A stretch of 64,000 bases of DNA from a virus. Lineage: Duplodnaviria > Caudoviricetes. The stretch lies in IMG/VR virus record IMGVR_UViG_3300032321_001056, positions 1 to 64,000 of that record; one strand, written 5' to 3'. The notes beneath the pieces were generated by a model. That model was not told the origin of the DNA. It was given only the letters and a program-made list of their open reading frames with translations, and searched no databases. Below are positions 1 through 8,360 of the stretch, one piece after another. Each line of letters starts with the position of its first letter. Within the stretch, counting starts at the first letter, position 1. The position numbers and the translations under genes are program-made.

Positions 1-279
1 CTATTAAAAATATAGTTAATTAGTGAAAAAAAGACAAAAAAAACACCCAAAAATAAGCTTAAAATAAGCCTATAAATGGGTGTTTTCCTTATGTACTATG
101 TGATATATCAGCTATATATTATTGATACATCTATGATATGCCTATGATATGAACTCTAACTATATAGAATATATTAGAGATATATTAGAGCTCGCTACGC
201 TCACTACCTAATGATTTTTAGACTATTTCTCTATGTAATCTAATAACAGTTTTTGACCTATTTCTTCTATCAATTCAAA

Positions 280-729
280 TTAGTTATTATTATCTTTATA
301 TCTAAATGGAATCACATTATCTGGTATTTCTTCAGAACCTGTAAGGTTTGGTTTCCAGTCTGCTGTACTATGACTATGAGGATATCCTGCAGGCATATCT
401 AATCCTGAATGCATATCTATAGGCATATTAAAACCCGTAGGATATTCTTCCTTATCTTCTTTCTTTAATCTATTACCATAAGCTGGATGATTATCTAATA
501 TCTCATCAATATCATCAGCCCGCCTTTTAAAATACTCTTTCATATACCCTAGGGATATGAGAGACATTTCAATTTCAGCTAATCTATTGATATCATCAGT
601 CTCTGGCTTTAGTCTTTCCATAAAGTCTAGGATATTCTCTACCCCAATCTTTAAAGCAAAGACTTCCATCCAAGAACCCCAATATTCATTTGGTTCATTA
701 TCGTCATGGAAATTGTTTTTGTTAGTCAT
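280..729 (-). CDS. hypothetical protein
   Basis: Last ORF of the tightly packed co-oriented minus-strand cluster; no recognisable motif. Confidence 0.7.
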   Translation of the reverse strand: MTNKNNFHDDNEPNEYWGSWMEVFALKIGVENILDFMERLKPETDDINRLAEIEMSLISLGYMKEYFKRRADDIDEILDNHPAYGNRLKKEDKEEYPTGFNMPIDMHSGLDMPAGYPHSHSTADWKPNLTGSEEIPDNVIPFRYKDNNN

Positions 730-928
730 TATTCTGATTCCTCTCTAATCTGATCTTAAGGTTTAAATATCTCATTGTTTTTCTATTTGCCATTTCATCA
801 AGGAAGGTAAGCATCCCTGCGTTTTGCTTATAATCCTTAGATAGCTCCCCCATTTTGTTCTCAATTTCCTCAATTTCTAAAATTAGGTAATCAATTTCAT
901 TCTGGATTTCATCTACCTGGTTAGTCAT
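722..928 (-). CDS. hypothetical coiled-coil protein
   Basis: 68 aa with heptad-like pattern; overlaps the next gene. Confidence 0.7.
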   Translation of the reverse strand: MTNQVDEIQNEIDYLILEIEEIENKMGELSKDYKQNAGMLTFLDEMANRKTMRYLNLKIRLERNQNND

Positions 929-1035
929 TATTTTTCGTCACCTTCCCGCTTTTTCCCATATATATAAAGAGCTATTCCAATGCCAAAGGATAGGCTATAT
1001 ACAATAGTCCAACCTACCATTAATGTTTGATACAT
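928..1035 (-). CDS. small membrane peptide (35 aa, not in ORF track)
   Basis: Hand translation MYQTLMVGWTIVYSLSFGIGIALYIYGKKREGDEK; TAATG coupling to the next gene. Confidence 0.55.
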   Translation of the reverse strand: MYQTLMVGWTIVYSLSFGIGIALYIYGKKREGDEK

Positions 1036-1162
1036 TATCTATTCCAATACCTTTCTTCTTTATCCTGAGTGCCATAACCTGGGTGATTATCAACGCTTCG
1101 CTTTGCAATTATATTAACAACCACACCCAGAATTAAAAAGAATCCTATGATTATAGCCATCG

Positions 1163-1327
1163 TTATCCCTCACAATCATGACCAAAAGCCATGTCTTCTT
1201 CACTTAACATTTTGTCACATTCAAAACAGATATCATAAAACAATTTACCTGTTTCTGGGTCTTGTAATACCTTCACTGCATCTATCTTCAAAGGTGTCAT
1301 TCTGTTTTTATTTTCTTGATATTTCAT
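1163..1327 (-). CDS. small putative Zn-binding protein (54 aa, not in ORF track)
   Basis: Hand translation MKYQENKNRMTPLKIDAVKVLQDPETGKLFYDICFECDKMLSEEDMAFGHDCEG; AAGGA RBS; CxxC...HxC. Confidence 0.6.
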   Translation of the reverse strand: MKYQENKNRMTPLKIDAVKVLQDPETGKLFYDICFECDKMLSEEDMAFGHDCEG

Positions 1328-1372
1328 GTTTTTATCCTTAGTATTATTTATGGTTAATATTAGGTCTATTGA

Positions 1373-1960
1373 TTATACTAGAGCTTCCATTATCTTAATA
1401 AAAGAGTTATAGTAATCACCTGCAATAAAGTGATTACTTTCTTCTCTTAATGCATGTCTTACATTAATATTAGTCAAAAAATCTTTCATTACATTTGATT
1501 GTAATTCTTCAAGTTTTGGACAAAGCTCTTCTTTTATAAACCAGTTACCGTATTCTTCCTTGTATTCAATAAGGTCAAAATTACCGTTCTCATCAAAGTA
1601 TTTTTCCATCACTGTGAATATCTCAGCCAGGTAATCAAAATTAGCATCATGGACTTTTTGTGCTATACCTAACATCAAAATGCTTTTTACATCTATTTTC
1701 CAATCAGGATTAGACTGGGCAACAACATCAATAATTTCACTGTTAGTAACTGGTCTATCTTCAAGTTCATAATCATAATAAGCAGGATCAATAATGTGAC
1801 CTACTGCACATCTACTACCAGCTTCATTAAAATATGCACAACTTCCTATTTCCTCTTCTAATTCATCTGTCCATTCGCTTTGGTACATTCTATAAGCAGG
1901 CTTACCTTGTGCAATTAGCTTTTCTTTAATCTTTAAAAGGATATCTTTATCTGTTACCAT
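1373..1960 (-). CDS. hypothetical protein, CAVG-motif family (paralog of 5546..5938)
   Basis: CAY...RCAVGHII...QKVHD aligns by eye with CFY...MCAVGCLI...QNIHD. Confidence 0.75.
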   Translation of the reverse strand: MVTDKDILLKIKEKLIAQGKPAYRMYQSEWTDELEEEIGSCAYFNEAGSRCAVGHIIDPAYYDYELEDRPVTNSEIIDVVAQSNPDWKIDVKSILMLGIAQKVHDANFDYLAEIFTVMEKYFDENGNFDLIEYKEEYGNWFIKEELCPKLEELQSNVMKDFLTNINVRHALREESNHFIAGDYYNSFIKIMEALV

Positions 1961-1965
1961 TTTAA

Positions 1966-2289
1966 TTATACCTCTGCTTTCTCTTTAACTAGGATACTGA
2001 TAGCGTGATTCTTTCTTAAATAATCCTCTACCTCAGATAGATTAAATTGACTCTCATGAATACCGCAAACATGACCGTTATTATATCGGCTAAGGATAGT
2101 GCTGCAGTGAACATGGGCACATACTTTTGTATTTAACTTATCCCTGTCAATGTTCATTTCAGCAAGAAAAGAATTAACCCTATTTAGTTGTCTTTCTCTT
2201 CTTTTCTTATTATACTCAGCAACAAGCTGAGGATCACCTTTTGCTTTTTCATACTCGCCATTTGCTCTTTTTTTCTTTGGATTAGTCAT
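1966..2289 (-). CDS. hypothetical Zn-finger protein
   Basis: CAHVHCSTILSRYNNGHVCGIH motif; basic N-terminal helix. Confidence 0.7.
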   Translation of the reverse strand: MTNPKKKRANGEYEKAKGDPQLVAEYNKKRRERQLNRVNSFLAEMNIDRDKLNTKVCAHVHCSTILSRYNNGHVCGIHESQFNLSEVEDYLRKNHAISILVKEKAEV

Positions 2290-2403
2290 TTCTCCATACC
2301 CCTTTTCCTTTTTGTGTTTTTCTAATTTTATAATTAATTACAGTGATAAAAGCAATGCCCATACTGTTAATGATAATAAGTAAATTATAAATTCCCATTT
2401 CAT

Positions 2404-2640
2404 TTACCTTCCTTCCATATCTTCTGGAAGTGGTGGTAATATGTAATAAGATTGCTCATCTTTAAAACCAAAGAAAGCACCAGGTCCATTGCCTTCTTCA
2501 TCTTGTGAAGAATAAATAAAAGAACCATCATCTAAAACAATAGAGACTCCAAAGTGAGGACTATTCTCCCAACCTTCTCTTTCTCTAAGGTCATCGCTTA
2601 ATCTTACAACTCCGACTATCTTTCTGCCTATTAGATTCAT
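2404..2640 (-). CDS. hypothetical protein
   Basis: Packed ORF; ATGA overlap with the next gene. Confidence 0.75.
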   Translation of the reverse strand: MNLIGRKIVGVVRLSDDLREREGWENSPHFGVSIVLDDGSFIYSSQDEEGNGPGAFFGFKDEQSYYILPPLPEDMEGR

Positions 2641-2864
2641 TTTACATTCTCCTTAATTTCTGCTTGATAATATTGATGTATCATTTTCCAGTATTTCTTT
2701 AATTCAGCATCTGTAGCTTCAGATGTATCTATACCATTAGATACTGTGTATTGGTAATTCAAAAGGATTATTGCATAATCATCATCACAACCAAGTGCAT
2801 CTTTGACCATACCTCTCCAATATGGATTAAATTCACTCCATTTGATATCATTTTCACTCATCAC
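2637..2864 (-). CDS. hypothetical protein
   Basis: Packed ORF; 4-nt overlaps on both sides. Confidence 0.75.
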   Translation of the reverse strand: MMSENDIKWSEFNPYWRGMVKDALGCDDDYAIILLNYQYTVSNGIDTSEATDAELKKYWKMIHQYYQAEIKENVK

Positions 2865-3481
2865 ACTACCGCTTCTTTCATAATATAATGAGGCTCATTA
2901 TCACAATCAGCCAAGCCAATTTCTTCATTCATAATTCTAGTCAATACATCAATGGCTGTAAGATAGTCAATAGAACTGAAATCAATTGCAAGTTCATCTT
3001 CCCACCAGGAAATTCCTTCTTCATTGGCATTATCCATTGAACCATGTTCTTCTAATTCCAGATCATACCTTTCAGGCTCATTTTCCATTAGCCATTTCCA
3101 GATGCATTTGCCATCACCAAAATAAAGATTCCTGCCTTCTTCATGTGTAAAGTCTAAAAATTCATTTGATGCATTTTCAAATTGTGCAACTTGTCTACTA
3201 TGATCATCTATTGCTAACCAACTAGGTGCTTTCCAATTATTTGCTAATGCTGTAGCAAATCCTGCAATACAACCCATTGATGTACAATTGAAAATATCTG
3301 TACCTTCTTCAACAAGATTAACCCTAACTGCTGGATACTTGCTTGCTAATTCATCTTTTTCAAATACATATTTCTCATGATGTTCATAATTAAGTTTCCC
3401 AATAAAAGCGGACATATTAAATTTCTTTTGTCCGTCAAACTTAATGGCATCAATTAGTTTTTGCATATTTTCCTTGTTCAC
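2861..3481 (-). CDS. hypothetical protein (CxxxGCIAG motif)
   Basis: 206-aa acidic ORF with AGGAG RBS; contains CTSMGCIAGFA. Confidence 0.8.
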   Translation of the reverse strand: MNKENMQKLIDAIKFDGQKKFNMSAFIGKLNYEHHEKYVFEKDELASKYPAVRVNLVEEGTDIFNCTSMGCIAGFATALANNWKAPSWLAIDDHSRQVAQFENASNEFLDFTHEEGRNLYFGDGKCIWKWLMENEPERYDLELEEHGSMDNANEEGISWWEDELAIDFSSIDYLTAIDVLTRIMNEEIGLADCDNEPHYIMKEAVV

Positions 3482-3624
3482 TTCAGCTCCTTATAGTTTC
3501 CGTTTGTTGTTTCTTTTAGGTTTGTATAAATAATAACTTGACCTTCATTATCTTCATCAAAAGAACAATTAGGCAAAAGCTTTTCTATTTTTGACCGTAA
3601 TTGATTTCCATCTATTTTATTCAT
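3478..3624 (-). CDS. hypothetical protein (48 aa, not in ORF track)
   Basis: Hand translation MNKIDGNQLRSKIEKLLPNCSFDEDNEGQVIIYTNLKETTNGNYKELK; fills the gap with overlaps at both ends. Confidence 0.6.
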   Translation of the reverse strand: MNKIDGNQLRSKIEKLLPNCSFDEDNEGQVIIYTNLKETTNGNYKELK

Positions 3625-3859
3625 TTGTAACCCATCCATCATATTCGTTGATTGTATCTACAATTTGATCATATATTCTTGCTTGTATATGCTCAGTCAT
3701 ATCGTCAAACTCATTGACTACTTTTGACCAAGCTTCTTCTTTTATTTCTTGATCATATGCGCTTTCAAATAACTCTTTACTCCACCATGCAATACAAATT
3801 TCTTCATCTGGATCGTTATAATTTGTAAGCATTTTAATTGCATCTTTTACTGTTGTCAT
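3617..3859 (-). CDS. hypothetical protein
   Basis: Packed acidic ORF. Confidence 0.75.
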   Translation of the reverse strand: MTTVKDAIKMLTNYNDPDEEICIAWWSKELFESAYDQEIKEEAWSKVVNEFDDMTEHIQARIYDQIVDTINEYDGWVTNE

Positions 3860-3860
3860 A

Positions 3861-4178
3861 TTAAAATACCAAAGCTTCCTGTACTCTTAAGAAATCAAGA
3901 ACTTTGAGCCAGCCCATATTGTTATTAGCACCCAACTCAAGGAAATCACTTTCTAATTTGTCATTCAATCCAAGATCTGCTAGCTCTTTAATATAAGCAA
4001 CAAATTCTGGTTTGTCTGTTTCAAAATGTTTTGTTTCATTTGTTAATGGGTTTCTAACATAGACAAACTTTTGATCTACACAAGGCATCAAAAGACTATA
4101 ATTAGCATTGATAGCACCTTGAATTAGGATTTCTTTCTCTGAACGCTTATCTGTTCTTACAATTTTCTTGCTAGCCAT
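3861..4178 (-). CDS. hypothetical protein
   Basis: Packed ORF. Confidence 0.75.
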   Translation of the reverse strand: MASKKIVRTDKRSEKEILIQGAINANYSLLMPCVDQKFVYVRNPLTNETKHFETDKPEFVAYIKELADLGLNDKLESDFLELGANNNMGWLKVLDFLRVQEALVF

Positions 4179-4179
4179 A

Positions 4180-4389
4180 TTAATCTCTTTCCTCTAGTTC
4201 TACTGATATGTCTAAGATTTGACCTACTAAAAGGTCTTTTTGATATTGTGAAATGTCTGGGATTAACTCAAACATTTTCTCTATTGCTTCTTCTTCTAAT
4301 GGTTCAATATCTACTGATTCACTTTCCCAGCGGTTAATTGAAATACTATGGTAAGGGAATACAATTATTGCTGTGTATTCATTCATCAC
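4180..4389 (-). CDS. hypothetical protein
   Basis: Packed acidic ORF. Confidence 0.7.
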   Translation of the reverse strand: MMNEYTAIIVFPYHSISINRWESESVDIEPLEEEAIEKMFELIPDISQYQKDLLVGQILDISVELEERD

Positions 4390-4622
4390 TTTCCTTTTTC
4401 TAATATTGCATATGTTGTTGATAATTGTGCATGAATTAATGCTTCAGTTAATGCTGGGTCAGTAATTGTTGGGATACTTCTTGGATCAAATTCAATACTT
4501 GCCATTAATTCTTTTGCATGATTAGCATGAATAATAGACAAGTCTTTATATTCATAATCTAGTTCTAGCTTTCTTTCCCAAGAAATATTAACATCATTAT
4601 AACTGTATCTAATTCTTGTCAT
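4386..4622 (-). CDS. hypothetical protein
   Basis: Packed ORF. Confidence 0.7.
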   Translation of the reverse strand: MTRIRYSYNDVNISWERKLELDYEYKDLSIIHANHAKELMASIEFDPRSIPTITDPALTEALIHAQLSTTYAILEKGK

Positions 4623-4863
4623 TATTAATACTCAATCTTTCTTGTAGTAGTTGTAACATTCTTGTGTCTTGTTCCATAATCTTATCGTTATCTAATTTGA
4701 TCCACTCACCCGTACCCATATTAAAAACTGGGGTTGGATAAAATACTTCAACATTTTCCATGTATAAATCAAAGTTAATCTTGTCATCTTTATCAAGCCA
4801 TGCTTTTACAATAAAGTGATGTTCTTTTCTATGGATATCTCCATGTCTAATTCCGCTCATCAT
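4609..4863 (-). CDS. hypothetical protein
   Basis: Start moved to MMSGIRHG (AAGGA RBS), which removes a long overlap. Confidence 0.7.
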   Translation of the reverse strand: MMSGIRHGDIHRKEHHFIVKAWLDKDDKINFDLYMENVEVFYPTPVFNMGTGEWIKLDNDKIMEQDTRMLQLLQERLSINNDKN

Positions 4864-5263
4864 ATTCCTTTCTTTGCATCTTGAAAAGAATATTCTTTGC
4901 TTCTTCCATAGCAAGATAGATATCATGAAAAATCATATCTAAATGTTCTCCATCTTGATCATAAAGATCAAACCAAGGATTCATAATCACTTGTGAGCCA
5001 GGTTCGGATTCATTAAATATATCTGATAGATCACTATCATTAGTAATACCATTATCTACTAGCTCGTAGCAATCTCTTATTGTTTCACCGTTGTATTCAA
5101 GTAACATATCCCCATCACAATAGATAGCAATGAATTTATCTTTAAGATCAACATTGCTAACAGTCATTACTAGGTTTGATGTTTGACCTTGACAATAAAA
5201 TTCAGGTGATGATGTATCTTCTGTAAAATCAAACTTTGTTTCAAATGTTGTTATTGCGCTCAT
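4847..5263 (-). CDS. hypothetical acidic protein
   Basis: Packed ORF, strongly D/E-rich. Confidence 0.8.
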   Translation of the reverse strand: MSAITTFETKFDFTEDTSSPEFYCQGQTSNLVMTVSNVDLKDKFIAIYCDGDMLLEYNGETIRDCYELVDNGITNDSDLSDIFNESEPGSQVIMNPWFDLYDQDGEHLDMIFHDIYLAMEEAKNILFKMQRKEYDERN

Positions 5264-5543
5264 CTGTTATCCTTTCAATAGCTTCATGAAATGCAATCAG
5301 TTTTTTCGCAACTGCTTCCACTTCTTTTTCGTTTAGAGTTTCTACAGCTTCGTTAAATGATTCAATCAATCTTTCAGCATCTGAAAGATAGATACCATCA
5401 CCTTGGTATTCAGATATATACTCTTCATATTTGGTATTGAATACTGTTTTATCTTCCATAAACCATTCTTCAGCTTCAACATTATGAAACCAGGTATTAT
5501 TATCTGTATCATAACCTAGGATGTAATTATATATTAACGCCAT
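5241..5543 (-). CDS. hypothetical acidic protein
   Basis: Packed ORF. Confidence 0.75.
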   Translation of the reverse strand: MALIYNYILGYDTDNNTWFHNVEAEEWFMEDKTVFNTKYEEYISEYQGDGIYLSDAERLIESFNEAVETLNEKEVEAVAKKLIAFHEAIERITDERNNNI

Positions 5544-5545
5544 GA

Positions 5546-5938
5546 TTAACCTGCCTGTATATATTCATTGTTTACTCCCCCAAAATAACTTTCAAGAGAT
5601 TCTAATTTTACAGACCATTCATCAGGCTCATACTCATCATGAATATTTTGCAATTCACTAAGTAAACTTACATTATATTCCCAATTAGACATTGAATTTT
5701 CAACTGCTCGTCTAACTTCTGTATCATTTGGCGAACAGTTTTCTAATTTTTCTGAATAGAAATTATCATCTATCAGACAACCAACAGCACACATCAATGT
5801 TTTACCGTTTTCATTTTGCGCACGATAAAAGCATGATAATGTATGAGGATCTAATGATCTTTCTTGTTGATTTAAAAGATGTTGTTTAACATAGTTAAAT
5901 ACATCATAATCTGTTTCTAAATTTATAAGTACCATCAC
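5546..5938 (-). CDS. hypothetical protein, CAVG-motif family (paralog of 1373..1960)
   Basis: CFY...MCAVGCLIDD...LE...QNIHD. Confidence 0.75.
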   Translation of the reverse strand: MMVLINLETDYDVFNYVKQHLLNQQERSLDPHTLSCFYRAQNENGKTLMCAVGCLIDDNFYSEKLENCSPNDTEVRRAVENSMSNWEYNVSLLSELQNIHDEYEPDEWSVKLESLESYFGGVNNEYIQAG

Positions 5939-6249
5939 TTAACCTTTCCGTATTTAATTTTTGTAACAATATCGTTAGCCCATCTCTGAACATCTTGTTG
6001 TGCAGTTTCACCAAGAAAAGCATCTTCCCAAAAATCACCATTTAATTTGTCAGTAATTTCAGCTCTTTGGTATCCACCACTCATGATTTCTTGCTTACCT
6101 AGACCATAGATATATCCTGCATCTGCTTCAAAATAAACGACTTCAATATACCATTTATCAAAAACAGAATTCTCTCGGTATTCAACAACATTTGTTTCAT
6201 ACCAATCGGATACTCTTGGATACATATTTATTTGACTTGGCTTAATCAT
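5935..6249 (-). CDS. hypothetical protein
   Basis: Packed ORF. Confidence 0.75.
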   Translation of the reverse strand: MIKPSQINMYPRVSDWYETNVVEYRENSVFDKWYIEVVYFEADAGYIYGLGKQEIMSGGYQRAEITDKLNGDFWEDAFLGETAQQDVQRWANDIVTKIKYGKVK

Positions 6250-6695
6250 GCGAATACTTCCTTTTCAAATTGTTCTTCTAGTTTCTTCAAACGATATTGC
6301 ATTTGTGTAGCTGTAAGTTTAACTGTTTGATTACGAATTACATTCTTAATCCATTGATTTCTAGTAAGAGTAGAATGGTTTGTATGTAATCCAATATACT
6401 TAACTATCTCTTTTGCTTCTAATGGCTTATCTTTATAAGTATCTTCTTCTTCAACATACTCTGATGTAAGGAATGTATTATACATTTCCTCACACAATTT
6501 CAATCTTGCATACCATTCACTTACATTCTTATAAGTAATTGAACCAAGCGCAACCATACCGCCAGCAAAGATTAAACCTTTAAGACGAGGTTTTACATCT
6601 TTATAGGTATCACCAAACTGCTTGTATTCTGTATACGCTTCGTCAAAATTATCTTTGTACATTGCAATATCTGATATATCGTAATTCAATGGCAT
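6246..6695 (-). CDS. hypothetical protein
   Basis: Start moved to MPLNYD to avoid overlap with 6697..6894. Confidence 0.75.
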   Translation of the reverse strand: MPLNYDISDIAMYKDNFDEAYTEYKQFGDTYKDVKPRLKGLIFAGGMVALGSITYKNVSEWYARLKLCEEMYNTFLTSEYVEEEDTYKDKPLEAKEIVKYIGLHTNHSTLTRNQWIKNVIRNQTVKLTATQMQYRLKKLEEQFEKEVFA

Positions 6696-6696
6696 C

Positions 6697-6894
6697 TTAT
6701 TTGCTCTCTTTCTTATTAGCTGGTTTCTTATGTGGTACTGTCTTATAAACAATTACATTATCAATATGGACATTGCCATAGCTTTTCACAAGCTTTGCTT
6801 GTTGAATTGCTTTTTCCTTAGTTGTGTTCATTGTTCTGATTTGAATTATGTTTTCTTCCTTCATCAGAATTAGTGCAAAGTTTTCTTTGTTCAT
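6697..6894 (-). CDS. hypothetical protein
   Basis: Packed basic ORF. Confidence 0.65.
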   Translation of the reverse strand: MNKENFALILMKEENIIQIRTMNTTKEKAIQQAKLVKSYGNVHIDNVIVYKTVPHKKPANKKESK

Positions 6895-6896
6895 TA

Positions 6897-7262
6897 TTAT
6901 GCCTCAATCATTTGGATCATAGTTAACATTAGGGATTCATTATCTTCATCAGTTAGATCAGTTTGATTACCATATCTATCTTCCTTGATTAAAACAGCTG
7001 GACCAGCGATATAATCAGAAAATAAATTCATATCATAACCATCTTCTTTTAAGCAATCAAGCCAGAATTGCGTTGCAACCATATTTCCATCTTGCGTAAA
7101 CTTTCCGTTCTCATTAACATAAAAAGCTAGTCTGCTTTCTTTACTTACAGTTACACGCTCAACATAACCTCCAACTAGTTTTTGTAATTCTTCAAGCATT
7201 AGCTCTTCTTTTGTATCATTTTTTACAACTCTATTGTCTTCTGTGATTACTACATATCTCAT
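6897..7262 (-). CDS. DUF3846-like protein
   Basis: LEELQKLVGGYVE...YVNENGK...N..AT...DYIAGPAVL matches the DUF3846 pattern as recalled. Confidence 0.7.
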   Translation of the reverse strand: MRYVVITEDNRVVKNDTKEELMLEELQKLVGGYVERVTVSKESRLAFYVNENGKFTQDGNMVATQFWLDCLKEDGYDMNLFSDYIAGPAVLIKEDRYGNQTDLTDEDNESLMLTMIQMIEA

Positions 7263-7297
7263 TTTGTTTTCCTTCCGTTGTTTTATTTATAAATAGA

Positions 7298-7461
7298 AAA
7301 AGTGGTATAAGAAAGAATTAGGCAAGAAATATTAAGTCGGATACCTATGAACCTAAACGACACTTTGACGATTACTAATAAACCTACAAAATTAGTACAT
7401 CGCATATTTCTCTTAGACTGAAAGGGTTAGCCTTAGCCTAATTCTTTCTTATACCACTTTT
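7298..7461. ncRNA. candidate structured non-coding element (26-bp perfect inverted repeat enclosing nested hairpins)
   Basis: aaaagtggtataagaaagaattaggc (7298-7323) is the exact reverse complement of 7436-7461; the interior folds into further stems. Confidence 0.5.
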
Positions 7462-7490
7462 AATTAAGCGTTATATAATACAACACTTAG

Positions 7491-7564
7491 CGTATCCGAT
7501 AGGACTTGAACCTACAACCTAAACATTAGAAGTGTTTTGCTCTATCCAATTGAGCTACGGATAC
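7491..7564 (-). tRNA. tRNA-Arg (anticodon UCU)
   Basis: GTATCCG/CGGATAC acceptor stem; TAGCTCAATTGGATAGAGCA D-arm; AAACA-CTTCTAA-TGTTT anticodon arm; GTAGG-TTCAAGT-CCTAT T-arm; CCA not encoded. Confidence 0.95.
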
Positions 7565-7573
7565 ATAAACATA

Positions 7574-7723
7574 TTGGTTAAACTCGGCTTTTGCATATGT
7601 TAGACAAATAGTTTTTTCCAGGCTTTAACCAAACCTGTTTTTAATACCAGAGTATAATCAGATATGAGGATTATACATACTCTTTCAATGACCAAAAAGA
7701 ACAAGTATTTTCTGGTATTAAAA
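7574..7723. other. two adjacent stem-loop/junction elements upstream of the tRNA
   Basis: 9-bp arms 7574-7582/7624-7632; 13-bp arms 7639-7651/7711-7723 enclosing an 8-bp hairpin (7652-7676) and a bulged hairpin (7677-7708). Confidence 0.45.
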
Positions 7724-7725
7724 CT

Positions 7726-7869
7726 TTATTCCCAGGTTATATAACCTTTTTCATTTATATAAGTTGGGAGACCCATGCTTTTAAGTTGTTCATATGTGAA
7801 CTTAGCTTTTTGATTGCTATTAATATGATCAACATAGCCTTGATTTCTCTCAGCTTCTGACAACTCCAT
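7726..7869 (-). CDS. hypothetical protein (47 aa, not in ORF track)
   Basis: Hand translation MELSEAERNQGYVDHINSNQKAKFTYEQLKSMGLPTYINEKGYITWE; starts 2 nt after the upstream stop. Confidence 0.6.
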   Translation of the reverse strand: MELSEAERNQGYVDHINSNQKAKFTYEQLKSMGLPTYINEKGYITWE

Positions 7870-7871
7870 AT

Positions 7872-8345
7872 CTATTCCCATGATATAACTCCTGATTTCA
7901 TAATCATTTCTTTACCATTAAATGAATATTGGTAATGACTTCCATCTTCACCTTGCCAATTTACATAACCGCCTGCTTTTACATATGGGGCAATTGCTTG
8001 TAAAAACAAATCTTCACTACCAGTTTTATTGTCATACCAAAGACTAATTAGATTACCATCTTCATCTAATTTGATATCTTCAAAACCAAGCTCAAAAAGA
8101 ATATCTTGCATAGTTTTGCATTTTTCTGGATAATTAGCATCTAGCCAACTAAACCATTTAGCTGGATGATAAGTCATTCCTTCAGGTCTTGGGTTGTCTG
8201 CGGATATACCATTACCACCGCCCCAACTACCACCTATTTTTAGGTCATCTCTATCATTAAGTTTGCACATTGCTTCATAGCAATATTCAAAATCATCTTT
8301 TGATACAAAGATATCTGCTTCGGTTATTCTTGTGTAGTATCCCAT
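7872..8345 (-). CDS. hypothetical phage protein
   Basis: AGGAG RBS; MGYYT start; W-x-G-E-D motif near the C-terminus. Confidence 0.8.
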   Translation of the reverse strand: MGYYTRITEADIFVSKDDFEYCYEAMCKLNDRDDLKIGGSWGGGNGISADNPRPEGMTYHPAKWFSWLDANYPEKCKTMQDILFELGFEDIKLDEDGNLISLWYDNKTGSEDLFLQAIAPYVKAGGYVNWQGEDGSHYQYSFNGKEMIMKSGVISWE

Positions 8346-8360
8346 TGGATACTCCTTTCT

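Noticed and set aside
7298-7461. Hammerhead ribozyme or IS110-type bridge RNA
   Set aside because: No CUGAUGA/GAAA core in the correct arrangement, and no adjacent recombinase or transposase
7729-7769. Palindrome AGGTTATATAACCT / hairpin as another ncRNA
   Set aside because: It lies inside the 47-aa ORF 7726..7869 and is AT-rich, so it is likely chance
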